DNA from: an uncultured candidate division Zixibacteria bacterium | GTDB taxonomy: Bacteria > Zixibacteria > MSB-5A5 > GN15 > FEB-12 | Assembly: GCA_963707365.1 (NCBI GenBank) | Contig: CAVPPI010000004.1 | Span: 981,469-1,045,468, forward strand | DNA length: 64,000 nt | Reading direction: 5' to 3' | In this document: one piece after another, positions 50,015-59,482 of the stretch | How positions within the stretch are numbered: the stretch's first letter is position 1 | Layout of the letters: the number at the start of each line of letters is the position of its first letter | Made by a program: the position numbers and the translations under genes | The notes under the pieces: model-generated | The model's input: the letters and a program-made list of their open reading frames with translations, nothing else | Database searches by the model: none | Told to the model about the DNA's origin: nothing

Positions 50015-51745
50015 ATCTGTATACTTAACACACTTTGAATGGATTCGTTTACTATTTTTTCTCCCAGGGCATCCCGGGTACGGCTGTGCAGGTAGGCCAC
50101 CGAGAGCGTGACTTTCTGCGAAAGATACATCAGGATCTGCCCATTGACCGTACGCGGCCGGGTCTCAATCGATTCGAACTCACCGTCTTCTCCTACAAAA
50201 ATATCCCGCGTCTGTTTCTGTTCGTTGACCGAAAGATATAAATTAAAAGCCCGGCGAAAAGAATAACTGATATAGCCGGTGGCGGAACTCAGGCTGGACC
50301 TGACGGTACTCTTATAATTGCTGTGAATATAGGTGGCGTTCATATTAAGATTGGAGCGGGGCGTAAAAGTCAACCCGGCGTTGTAGTTTTCCGAAAAGGA
50401 CCTGTCGAATCTCAGTCTGTCGCCGATATAGAGCGCCGTTATTCTGAACCTGCCTTCGAGACGCCGCGTGAAATTCACCCTGGTGTCAAGCGAGCGGGTC
50501 AACTGATACCGCCGCTGCTCGTCAACCGGGTCACTATCGTGAGTCAGTGATATGTCTATAAAAGTCTTGATATACTTTCTCGGAAACAGATTCAACGATG
50601 CTTGATATGTATCAAGAATGTAGTCACCGTCGTTGACCGTGGCTATTACCGCTCCCGATGTATCCCTGATCGACACCAGCCTCGTGGACTGCTGGAAAAT
50701 CGTACGATTGAAAGTCAGACGGGTATCCACGCCGCTGCGGAAGTACCGGGTCAGCACCGCCCCGAGATTCGCATATTCCACTATATTATTGTCGCCGTTC
50801 TGACGATTGTTCTGATACCCCTTCCCCGCCTGAAAGCTGAGATAACCGGTCGGCGTGAATTCAGCCACGCCGGACATCGTCTGATTATCGTTCTCAATCA
50901 CCGTCTGCTGCTGTTCCGCCTCAAGAAACCGACCGGAGTAACTCAGATTGACAGAGACTTTATCGATTGCGTTTAGAAGCAACAGCGAGTTTACAGAGTG
51001 AGTGAACGAAGTCTGGTTCAGTATCGAGTGGCTCTCACGGCGCGTATCGTAATAGTTGTAAGTAGCACTGGCGTAGCCGAGACCGACAAGGTTACGATTG
51101 AATCCCACAGTCCCCGAGTAAGTACGGGTGGTGACATCTCTTCCCCCCGGAAGGTTACTGACTTGCCTCAGATTATTGTAGTTGGCCCTGAAAGTCAGCG
51201 GGTCAAGAGAATACGAGCTTTCCAAAACGACGTTACGATTGAAAGCATCAAATTTGGGCTCGAGTCTCTTTGTCGAAATTACTGAAATGTGAATAAACGA
51301 GATTGAAAGTCGGATAGTCGGTATAAGCGAGCTGGGCCGTTATTCGCCAGTCACGATAGTAAACATCGACAAACTCCGTAACGGCAGCTGTATAACTGCG
51401 CCGTTTATAGGGCGAGTAACGGGCGTTGAAGGCATAACCATAGCTCTTGAGATCAAGATAATAGACCGGCTGAAACTCATGATAGTTGGCAAACGATTGC
51501 TCTCGCCGCTGAAGATTGGCCGTCAGACGGATATGGTTCTTATAAAACAGGACATCTTCATAGTTGATGATAGCCGTCTCCCGCGTAATATCATCCTCAT
51601 CGGCTTCGCCGTTTTGCTGTTTGATATGTTCGTACGAAAGAGAAGCGTTCCCGAACAATCGCCCGGCCACAGCGGTATCGCACCATGGACCAACCAGTGC
51701 TGACAGAGAGAATAAAATCGCAAATACAGCGAAGCGATACATCAA
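50011..51745 (-). CDS. large outer-membrane beta-barrel protein (~575 aa), one apparent frameshift near 51225-51250
   Basis: The signal peptide is MMYRFAVFAILFSLSALVGPW. Alternating aromatic/polar strands rich in Y, N, S, T and R run throughout. ORF 51248-51745 ends ...SNFDKE, and the next frame continues RLEPKFDAFNRNVVLESSYSLDP (ORF 50011-51225). No CxxCH is present. Confidence 0.55.
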
Positions 51746-53904
51746 TAGTCTTCTCCCGTAGGATGATGACAGTTAGCGTAACAGGTACTGGTCGTAGCAT
51801 CAACTTCCTCCCAGCCGCTTATGTGACCACCGAAGATGAATGCGTGCGACGGCGCCCCGGCAGTCGGGGAACAGGGAGGAAAGATGTAATTGGAGCCGTG
51901 AATATTCCCGATTCCGGATCCGTTGTCACAGGCAGGATCCTGGTCGTCATCATAGCGCCCGGCATGACAACCGCGGCAGGACTGACCGTTGCGTCCGGCT
52001 CCCCCCGGATCGGTATGGGCGCGACGGTCGTGGTCTGCGAATCGCGATACATTCTCCGAATTGAACACATAGTAGTTTTCATCATGACAGCGCACACAGA
52101 ACTGCCTCTGGGCGCTCGGGAACAGCGTCCCGATAACAGGCTCGCGAAAATACGTCTCGACATACAACATGCCGCTGTTATCACTGCCGTGCCCCGTCGT
52201 TTCATGACAGTCAAAGCAGCTTATCACGTCATGCAAAGCCGTCTGGTTGAACGGCGGCAACATCGTGGCCGTGAAGTTGTTCACCGAACCCGGCACTGTA
52301 TAGGGATTGTTCCCCTGTGCCCGAACCGGGTGATAGGAAGAATTCAGAGGATCGAACTGGGTATATACATCGATAACTGTTGCCGCCGGGTCAGAGAAAG
52401 GCGCCAGCGATGATCCCCCCGGCACCTGTGCTTCAACCGACATAGCGCCGTTGCCGTCGTGACACTTCAGACAGAAAGAATTCTGCACCTCCACCACCCA
52501 ACTTTCAAGAAAGGCGCTGTTCAAATCGCGCGTGAAACTGCTGAAACCGGTAAGGGCCTGACCGTTATCGGGGTCTCTCAGTTCCACAAAACCGTTGGCA
52601 TGATAAGCACCATTGATATCGCCGCTGAACGCGATTCCTTCCATATGGCACACACCGCAGTCATTATTGGTGACCGTGTCGGTCACACCGATAGCATTGA
52701 CATGGTGAGCGTTCAGACCAAACTCACCGAGGATGGCTCGACGCGTACCCCGGGCGGTAGCGTGACACGCTACACAGGAGCCGCCGATACCGGGATTATG
52801 AACGTTATTGGCTGTGGGCGTTGAGTAATCGCGGCCGTGGCACTCGTAGCAATGTTCGGTCGACGCAGCCGTGTGTTCCGTAACAGAGGCCGGCAAAGGC
52901 GGAAGGGTGAGCCCCTCGATAGCATCGGCCTGGGCGACACCATCAGATGACGGATGACAGCCAAAACAGAAGCGCCGGACCTGCGCGTTATCATTACGGA
53001 TGTCTGTCAGCCCGTACCAGCCGGGCCTTTGATCGCTCAGGAGGTAGTTGTTTCCCCCCAACCCGCCGTAACCAATAGAACCGTGCGGGTTGTGACAATC
53101 ATAGCACGGCAGACGCATCCCCGATGTCACATATCCCCCGCCCGTGGTAATTCCGTGCCCGCTACTGGCGTTGGGGTTTATTGATCTGTCATAATAATAG
53201 GCTATCGTGCGTGAGGTATCATCCATACCGACCGGTCCGTCAACACGGTGGCATTCCAGACAGAGGGCATAATTCTCCGCCTCCAGCCCAAGCTGCGAAC
53301 CGGTGATACCGCTATAGGTCGTATCGAGCATATCGTGTGGAGCGACTGTACCGTGCGGATTGTGACAGTTGTCGCAGGAACCGTAACCGAACCAATCTTT
53401 GACAGGCATGTCCTGGTCGGCATAGTGCGGTGAGAAAAGACTGTTCTCCCAGACGACCCGTCCCGGCCACCTCACCCGGTTCTCCAGGCCAGGCAACCGC
53501 GTGCCGCCGCTGTTGAATTCAAAATAACCCGGATCCGATGAACCGATTGGCAGCCGGTCGGATTCCTGAGCCGGATAACCCGCTGTGCCCCCCGTCGGCT
53601 GGTCAGCGTGACAACCGCCTGAAGAAGCAGAAAAACATAGCTCGTTGGAATTGTAAGTAAACAAGCCGTATGGGAACGTATTGTCAGGATCATGGCTCAC
53701 ATGACACTGGGCGCAACTCCCCTGAGGATAATCCGGCGTTCGCAGCACGCCGTTATCAACCGAACCGTGAGGAGATTGCCTATACTGACTGTCATCGGCG
53801 CCGACCGACGCCGCAAACCAGAAAAGTATAGCGCCAAGGGCAACAATCGCCCGGGCGAGGCGCATCGATGAAATGTATCTTATTTGTTGTGACATTGCTG
53901 ACAC
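51742..53904 (-). CDS. secreted multiheme c-type cytochrome, 12 canonical CxxCH plus two atypical motifs
   Basis: The leader is MRLARAIVALGAILFWFAASVGA (an alternative start is at 53865). By direct reading it has 12 CxxCH, a CYANCH (CX3CH) near the C-terminus and NELCFSASSGGCH (CX7CH). The last sits where the hexaheme paralog has NELCLSCH. Confidence 0.8.
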   Translation of the reverse strand: MSAMSQQIRYISSMRLARAIVALGAILFWFAASVGADDSQYRQSPHGSVDNGVLRTPDYPQGSCAQCHVSHDPDNTFPYGLFTYNSNELCFSASSGGCHADQPTGGTAGYPAQESDRLPIGSSDPGYFEFNSGGTRLPGLENRVRWPGRVVWENSLFSPHYADQDMPVKDWFGYGSCDNCHNPHGTVAPHDMLDTTYSGITGSQLGLEAENYALCLECHRVDGPVGMDDTSRTIAYYYDRSINPNASSGHGITTGGGYVTSGMRLPCYDCHNPHGSIGYGGLGGNNYLLSDQRPGWYGLTDIRNDNAQVRRFCFGCHPSSDGVAQADAIEGLTLPPLPASVTEHTAASTEHCYECHGRDYSTPTANNVHNPGIGGSCVACHATARGTRRAILGEFGLNAHHVNAIGVTDTVTNNDCGVCHMEGIAFSGDINGAYHANGFVELRDPDNGQALTGFSSFTRDLNSAFLESWVVEVQNSFCLKCHDGNGAMSVEAQVPGGSSLAPFSDPAATVIDVYTQFDPLNSSYHPVRAQGNNPYTVPGSVNNFTATMLPPFNQTALHDVISCFDCHETTGHGSDNSGMLYVETYFREPVIGTLFPSAQRQFCVRCHDENYYVFNSENVSRFADHDRRAHTDPGGAGRNGQSCRGCHAGRYDDDQDPACDNGSGIGNIHGSNYIFPPCSPTAGAPSHAFIFGGHISGWEEVDATTSTCYANCHHPTGEDY

Positions 53905-54842
53905 CCCGCGATATAATCTAAATCACCTTCAATATATGACCACAGCAACGATTTCTCATCCGAACCGCCGTGGGCCTTGTGACAACTCCCGCAGAATATC
54001 CGATTGGATTCCGCCGGCTGACGCGAGCTAATAAAATCACTTGCCGTTGGTACTTCGAACGGTAACCTGATAATACCATTGGCATCATCAGCGAACCCTT
54101 CCCCCGTTCCGGAAATCCAGTGGGGAACATCCGTATGGCCATCGACTGGAAACTCGTTAATCGCCACATCCACCGGATGGCTATTGAAGTGGGCCGGTGG
54201 TGACGCCACACTATTTGTCTCGAGCTGATTGTGGCAGGAAACGCACCAGGCCGAGTAGGCCTGTCTGTATCCGATGTTGTCCCTGCTGTACGCCGTCGCC
54301 GATCCGCCGGCAGTCGGCGGAATGTCCGGAGAAAATTCAGTGAAGAGATCGCTGCCCTCTTCCAGAACAAGGGAGTCACCCACACCGGCCGGATCGAAAA
54401 GCAAGTTGCGGTAGTTGCCGTTACCGTGCGGAGCGTGACAACTGGCGCAGTTTAACTCTACGAACTGAGCTTCCACTTGAAGGGGCACGATACTCCCCAG
54501 CGCCAGGTTGTGGCCCATCGGATTATCAATGCCGATGATATCAAAATATCCTCCGGCACTCTGGCCGGACAGGGCCGCATCGTACATCTGCACCGGCCGC
54601 ATGATATCCGGCGCTGTCGGATCGGTACCATCATGGCACGACAGGCACAATTCGTTGACAGTATTTTTCAGAAGTAAAGTCGAGAACGGACCGCCGGGTA
54701 GCGGCTCTCCTTCTTTGGAGGCGTGCTGAATGTGACAATCCTGACAGCGTAGATTCGGTTCAACGTGCCACTGCCCGCTCCGTACGCCGGAAGCGATAAA
54801 AAATAATGTAAGCAAAGTCATTGTTCGAGTCATCACAGTCAC
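53880..54842 (-). CDS. OmcS-family-like hexaheme c-type cytochrome, operon-internal paralog
   Basis: The leader is MTLLTLFFIASGV. The six CxxCH motifs follow the same order and spacing logic as the 46381-47436 protein: CQDCHIQH, LLL..x7..CLSCHDG, GHNL...CASCHAPHGNGNYRNLL, AWCVSCH...HP, CGSCHKAHG and a C-terminal CQQCHNK. Confidence 0.7.
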   Translation of the reverse strand: MTVMTRTMTLLTLFFIASGVRSGQWHVEPNLRCQDCHIQHASKEGEPLPGGPFSTLLLKNTVNELCLSCHDGTDPTAPDIMRPVQMYDAALSGQSAGGYFDIIGIDNPMGHNLALGSIVPLQVEAQFVELNCASCHAPHGNGNYRNLLFDPAGVGDSLVLEEGSDLFTEFSPDIPPTAGGSATAYSRDNIGYRQAYSAWCVSCHNQLETNSVASPPAHFNSHPVDVAINEFPVDGHTDVPHWISGTGEGFADDANGIIRLPFEVPTASDFISSRQPAESNRIFCGSCHKAHGGSDEKSLLWSYIEGDLDYIAGCQQCHNK

Positions 54843-54844
54843 CT

Positions 54845-55801
54845 CTATTGCAGCGTGTAGAACAGCAATCTGCCGGTCTCCTCGAGCACAGCCATCCGAT
54901 TGTCTATTGTCCCGAGCATGGCCACCGGACTAATCGTGCTATTTTCGAAAGTCAGTACCGACAGTTGGGTGCCGGTCTGGTCAAAAATGCGAAACTGGCT
55001 GTTGGTATCATCAGCCACCCAGACGAATCCGCGAGTGTCAACCGCCACCGCAGCCGCCTCCCATCCTCTCTGCTCCGATGGCTGATTCCACCCTCCCTGA
55101 TAAAGAAATTTCCCATCGATCGCAAATACCTGCATCGGAAAGTTCTTCTGGTCGGCCACTATCAGTTTGCCGGGCGCCGCGGCAGTCATATACGCCGGGG
55201 CAAGCAACTTACCCTTGCCGGAACCGTCGCGAACAACAATCTCCTTAAATTCCCATTGCTGATCGAACCGGTAGATACAACCTGCATGGCGGTCCAGGAT
55301 AAGATAACTCCCGGTCGGTTCACGGACAATCTGGTCGATAGAGAATTTATCAGAAATACCGTTCAGGTCCGCCACTGTATCAATCACACCGGTATTGTAT
55401 TCATTAACGGCAAATATGATTGTCTTGTTCGCCAACGTGTAAAGAAGACGGGAGTCGGATTCGAAGCAAATAGAGCGAGGTTGTTCAAGTCTTACCTGCT
55501 CTCCCACCGTCCAGAGAAACCGGCCCTCCAAATCTACAATTACAATACGATTTGTGCTGAGGTCACTGATGGCAATCTTTTCGCCGTTCGGAGAGACAGT
55601 CATCGCCGATGGACGGTCGAGTTGGTAACGACCGCCTATCAAAATATGTTGACTCTCAATAGCCTGGGCAAGAGCCACGGAAACGTTTGCCGTGACGACT
55701 ATACCGGCTACGAGTAGCCAGAGGCAGGAGAAATAAGTTGCTATCTTGTACGCAGTGCTCTCCCTGGCCCTTAATGAGACACCGTGTGACAAATGATGCA
55801 C
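54845..55801 (-). CDS. secreted NHL-repeat beta-propeller protein
   Basis: A hydrophobic leader (CLWLLVAGIVVTANVSVALA) is followed by repeated blades: IAISDLSTNRIVIVDLEGRF, YLILDRHAGCIYRFD, LIVADQKNFPMQVFAIDGKF and VWVADDTNSQFRIFD. The start is uncertain because it overlaps the upstream gene end. Confidence 0.7.
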   Translation of the reverse strand: MHHLSHGVSLRARESTAYKIATYFSCLWLLVAGIVVTANVSVALAQAIESQHILIGGRYQLDRPSAMTVSPNGEKIAISDLSTNRIVIVDLEGRFLWTVGEQVRLEQPRSICFESDSRLLYTLANKTIIFAVNEYNTGVIDTVADLNGISDKFSIDQIVREPTGSYLILDRHAGCIYRFDQQWEFKEIVVRDGSGKGKLLAPAYMTAAAPGKLIVADQKNFPMQVFAIDGKFLYQGGWNQPSEQRGWEAAAVAVDTRGFVWVADDTNSQFRIFDQTGTQLSVLTFENSTISPVAMLGTIDNRMAVLEETGRLLFYTLQ

Positions 55802-58800
55802 AGCTTTCTATCTTTTTCAGCCACCAGTATTGCCGCGTAGTCAGACGAGTGTGGAGAGTGGCAACCGACACAGTTGAGAGGCTCCTTGGTCCGCGGGTCT
55901 GTCACACCAACACCCATCGGGTGATAGTGCGTCTCAACAGCACCCTCGTGACAGGTCAGGCAAAGCTCCATTATGTCGGATGTAGCCAGTAAACCGGCAT
56001 TGGTACTCGTATGTGGTTGATGGCAGTTGCCGCAGTCTTCAAAAGCCACGGCGTGTTGATTCTTACCTTTAAATTCCGAACCCTTATGACACGAGAGGCA
56101 CATCGACGGACCCTCTTTGAGAAGAAGACTCGAACCGTACCCGACGTGCGGACCATGACATTGAACACAGCCGTCCGCTTTGGTCAATGGAGCATGTACA
56201 ACAGCATTGGCGGTGGTCTCCAGAAAATCCTCGTGACATGCGAAACACATCTGGTTAACCGGAGCCACGAACTCATGGGCACTCATTCCATCGTGACACG
56301 AAGTGCATTCCCCATCGGCAAACGGAGCGTGCATGTCGGGCAGCAGAAGTCCTTTCGAACCGGCCGGACCGGCGTGAGCCGCGTGGCAGTTCTGGCAATC
56401 GACGCCTTCAAGGCTGAACCCTTTGTGCGCCGTACGCAGGTCGCGCGACGACAGATCGTGACACTGCCCGCAAAGCTCCATCTTGGAGTCAGTCAGCAGA
56501 GCCGTCTGATTTCCGGCATGAGCCACGTGGCAGGCGCCGCAATCTCCATCGGCCACCGGCGCATGCGGAGCACCCTCGGTGATCTGGCGGTTTATATCTT
56601 CGTGACAGGATATACAGAAACTCTCTGCCGGTTTGGTAGTCAGGGCCGGATAGGCCGACGAGTGAGGCTTGTGGCACTCAAGACACTGGCCTTCCTCGAA
56701 CGGGCGATGGTTGACAGCCATCTTCTGCTGGTCTTTTATATCTTCGTGACAGGACACACAGAGCAAACTCCCGTCAAGCCTCAGCAGACCCTTGTAGTCG
56801 GCAGCGTGCAAACTGTGGCAGGAACTGCACTCTTCACCGGCAAACGGAGCATGCTGGTGTTCCAATTCAGCCGATTCCGCCACCGTCTCGTGACACGCAC
56901 CGCAGAGATCCATGGTCGAAGCTACGAGAGCAACTTTGTTATCAGCGCCCTTCTCGTGGCAATCCTCACAACCACCATCGGCAAACGGCGGATGAAGCAT
57001 ATTTCTTACCAGCTTGTCCTGCTCGCTGACGTGCGGATTATGACATTCCAGACAGTCAGCCGTCGTTATATCATACCCCCCGTGAACTGTCGTCAGGGCA
57101 TCATCCACATCATGACACGTTACACAAAGATCCGGAGCGCCGGCAATCACAAAGCCGACATTGTCCGAACCGTGAGCGGCATGGCAGGCATCACATTCGC
57201 CCTGCGCTACCGGAGCGTGGGCATTCTGCTTGCGGAAAGCCTCCTTTAACTCATCGTGACAGGTGTAGCATAAATCGGCGGAGATGCCCGTTAGCTTGGG
57301 AAGCTGACCTACCATCAGTCCACCGACGTTAATTTTGGTCATCCTACCGGTGACAAGCTTGGCTTCATTACCGCCGTGAGGATTGTGACAACCGGCGCAA
57401 TCACTTTCAGCAGCCGGCGTATGAACAAATTCTTTTTCAAGGTCAAGACCTTCATAGTCGTGGCAGGATGCACACAGGTCGTTGTTTCGCGCCGTCAACA
57501 GGTGCAGATTGTCTGCACTGTAGTGCGGCTGATGGCAACCCTGGCAATCATCCACAGCCGGAGCATGAGGATTGGCCATGTTGACTCGCTTATTGATATC
57601 AACGTGGCAGGCAAGACACATCGCAGCACCTTCACCGCGGACCAGATGCGGCGTGTCGCTGTAGTGCGGCAAATGGCAGTCGGAACACTCGCCGGTCAGG
57701 TATGGCTGATGCCCCGAGGAGGCATTCAACGCCTCGCGGTCAGGTTCGTGGCATTCCCCGCACAACTGCGCCGACGGAGCTTTCAGAAGCCCCTCGGGAG
57801 TCCCCTCGTGAGGCTTGTGGCAGCCGAGACAGTCATCGAGGGCGGCATGAACGTTCGAGGCAGCATCGCGCGCAGCGGCAAAATCTTTATGACAACCAAG
57901 ACACAGCGAAGCATCGTCGGCCTTCGCCAACGAAGCATTATCAGAACCGTGTACCTCGTGACACCCACTGCATTCACCGGTCACTACCGGCATATGCGGC
58001 CTCTGACCACCTCCGGTCAATACCGCGTCGTGGCACTCACCGCACAGAGTTCGCTGGTCCGCCTTGAGAAGATTGCCGAACCGCGATGAGTGCGCAGTGT
58101 GGCAATTGTCGCAATTGTCAGCCTCGACAGCGGGATGAGGATGCGATTTGGAGATATTGTCAACGATACCATCATGACAGGCCGAACACAGTTCACCCAC
58201 CGATATTCCCTCTTCAAAAGCTACTTTTCCATCGGCATCAGGAAGAGAGTGACAGGTCTCGCACTCACCCGAAGCAAACGGCGCATGAGCATCATCGGCG
58301 AGCAAACCTTTTGTATTCGAGGCATGGGCGGCATGGCAATCACTGCAAGGCAGGTCTCCCGCATTGCGTTCTTTGTGTACGCTCACCCAGGTTTCATCGG
58401 ATTGATCATGGCAGGAACCGCACAGACTGTTGATTTCGGCCGTGAGAAGGCCGGGGTAACTGCTGTTGTGAGAAGTATGGCAGGTCAGGCACTCCATCTG
58501 GTCGTACGGGGCGTGGATGAATTCTTTCGCGCGGGCGGCATCCATATTGTCCTGGTGGCACATTAAACAGAAATGCTCCACCGGCGCATCGGCGGCCGGC
58601 TCCCAGAGCATACCGGTTTCGTTGGAACCGTGCGGATTATGGCAATCCCAGCATTTGCCGGAGGCAACCGGGAAGTGTACGCTTCCCTGGCTGTACTTTT
58701 CTTTGAGGTCGGCGTGACAACTATAACACAATTCGGACGTAACGTCCTGAAGGATCAGCTTCTGAGCAAAGCCGTGGCGTTTGTGACAACTCTCGCAGTT

Positions 58801-58968
58801 CTCGTCTTTGATCGGCTTGTGCGCAAATTTCACAGCCGAATAAACCTGCTTTTCTTTCTGGTGACAGTCGTAACATGTCTTTGCCGCAAACGCAGACGTG
58901 GCAAAAGCCAACGTGATTACAATGGTAAAGCTGATCGCTGTTTTGTATGTGACAAGTGTCCGCCGCAC
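55771..58968 (-). CDS. giant secreted multiheme c-type cytochrome with 42 CxxCH motifs (paired-CXXCH repeat architecture)
   Basis: The leader is ISFTIVITLAFATSAFA. I counted 42 CxxCH in 1065 aa by hand, about one per 25 residues. They are arranged as ~21 repeats of LCxxCH-(~15-20 aa with HxP)-CxxCHxxH. Confidence 0.9.
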   Translation of the reverse strand: MRRTLVTYKTAISFTIVITLAFATSAFAAKTCYDCHQKEKQVYSAVKFAHKPIKDENCESCHKRHGFAQKLILQDVTSELCYSCHADLKEKYSQGSVHFPVASGKCWDCHNPHGSNETGMLWEPAADAPVEHFCLMCHQDNMDAARAKEFIHAPYDQMECLTCHTSHNSSYPGLLTAEINSLCGSCHDQSDETWVSVHKERNAGDLPCSDCHAAHASNTKGLLADDAHAPFASGECETCHSLPDADGKVAFEEGISVGELCSACHDGIVDNISKSHPHPAVEADNCDNCHTAHSSRFGNLLKADQRTLCGECHDAVLTGGGQRPHMPVVTGECSGCHEVHGSDNASLAKADDASLCLGCHKDFAAARDAASNVHAALDDCLGCHKPHEGTPEGLLKAPSAQLCGECHEPDREALNASSGHQPYLTGECSDCHLPHYSDTPHLVRGEGAAMCLACHVDINKRVNMANPHAPAVDDCQGCHQPHYSADNLHLLTARNNDLCASCHDYEGLDLEKEFVHTPAAESDCAGCHNPHGGNEAKLVTGRMTKINVGGLMVGQLPKLTGISADLCYTCHDELKEAFRKQNAHAPVAQGECDACHAAHGSDNVGFVIAGAPDLCVTCHDVDDALTTVHGGYDITTADCLECHNPHVSEQDKLVRNMLHPPFADGGCEDCHEKGADNKVALVASTMDLCGACHETVAESAELEHQHAPFAGEECSSCHSLHAADYKGLLRLDGSLLCVSCHEDIKDQQKMAVNHRPFEEGQCLECHKPHSSAYPALTTKPAESFCISCHEDINRQITEGAPHAPVADGDCGACHVAHAGNQTALLTDSKMELCGQCHDLSSRDLRTAHKGFSLEGVDCQNCHAAHAGPAGSKGLLLPDMHAPFADGECTSCHDGMSAHEFVAPVNQMCFACHEDFLETTANAVVHAPLTKADGCVQCHGPHVGYGSSLLLKEGPSMCLSCHKGSEFKGKNQHAVAFEDCGNCHQPHTSTNAGLLATSDIMELCLTCHEGAVETHYHPMGVGVTDPRTKEPLNCVGCHSPHSSDYAAILVAEKDRKLCIICHTVSH

Positions 58969-58977
58969 AACTACCTC

Positions 58978-59436
58978 TCACTTTCTGGCTGGCGCCGTGA
59001 TGTATTTCTCACTCACCTTGAAGTCGACAAGCTTGAAAGCCAGAAGATCATCACGCTTGAAATGAGGTGACGTCAAGACGTAAAAACCCCAGCTCTCCTG
59101 CTTAATCTCACCTTCAAACGAAACCCTGACCCTCACCGCCGGATTGTACAAAGTATCAGACATCTGCAAAGCTTCACCCGTCTGCGTTATTCCCAGATGG
59201 GGATTAAAGCCTATGACAGTTGCCTCATACTCCTCCTCACCAATATAAAACGGTTGCTCCATTCCGACAGTATCAAATTGCACAAATTCGGGATAAAGCC
59301 TGTGGCGGGTCTCAATAATAAAATACTCTACTTCCGAGCTTACATCGGTGGAATCGGCCTCTTCGGCACAAACTTGAGAGGATGACATGAAGATCGGAAG
59401 GATGCCAAAAATTAACGGTGCGATATACTTATTCAT
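58978..59436 (-). CDS. small secreted protein of unknown function, first gene of the cytochrome operon
   Basis: The 152-aa ORF has the signal peptide MNKYIAPLIFGILPIFMSSSQVCA and no heme motif. I recognise no family. It ends 9 nt before the 42-heme gene. Confidence 0.55.
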   Translation of the reverse strand: MNKYIAPLIFGILPIFMSSSQVCAEEADSTDVSSEVEYFIIETRHRLYPEFVQFDTVGMEQPFYIGEEEYEATVIGFNPHLGITQTGEALQMSDTLYNPAVRVRVSFEGEIKQESWGFYVLTSPHFKRDDLLAFKLVDFKVSEKYITAPARK

Positions 59437-59482
59437 GGTCTGTTCAGGTCTTCCTTGTTATATTTTGAACGTCCTTGTGAAT

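Noticed and set aside
51685-52413. A 242-aa plus-strand ORF, and other shadow ORFs such as 8908-9549, 36856-37566, 40068-40697 and 41418-42077.
   Set aside because: All are fully embedded antisense to confidently identified genes (12-heme cytochrome, SDR, PPDK_N proteins, gdhA). They translate to Arg/Gly-rich nonsense.
56011-57249. A 412-aa plus-strand ORF, together with similar long ORFs at 57376-58089, 58090-58566 and 58573-59070.
   Set aside because: These lie antisense to the 42-heme cytochrome gene. Their translations are low-complexity and Arg/Val/Thr-rich with no motifs. They are a side effect of the repetitive, GC-skewed codon usage of the real minus-strand gene.
58978-59436. The small first gene of the cytochrome operon as a ResB/Ccs1-like heme-handling domain.
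   Set aside because: The only basis is a vague resemblance (FKLVDFKV...Y) recalled from memory. It has no TM helices and no conserved His pattern, so it stays hypothetical.
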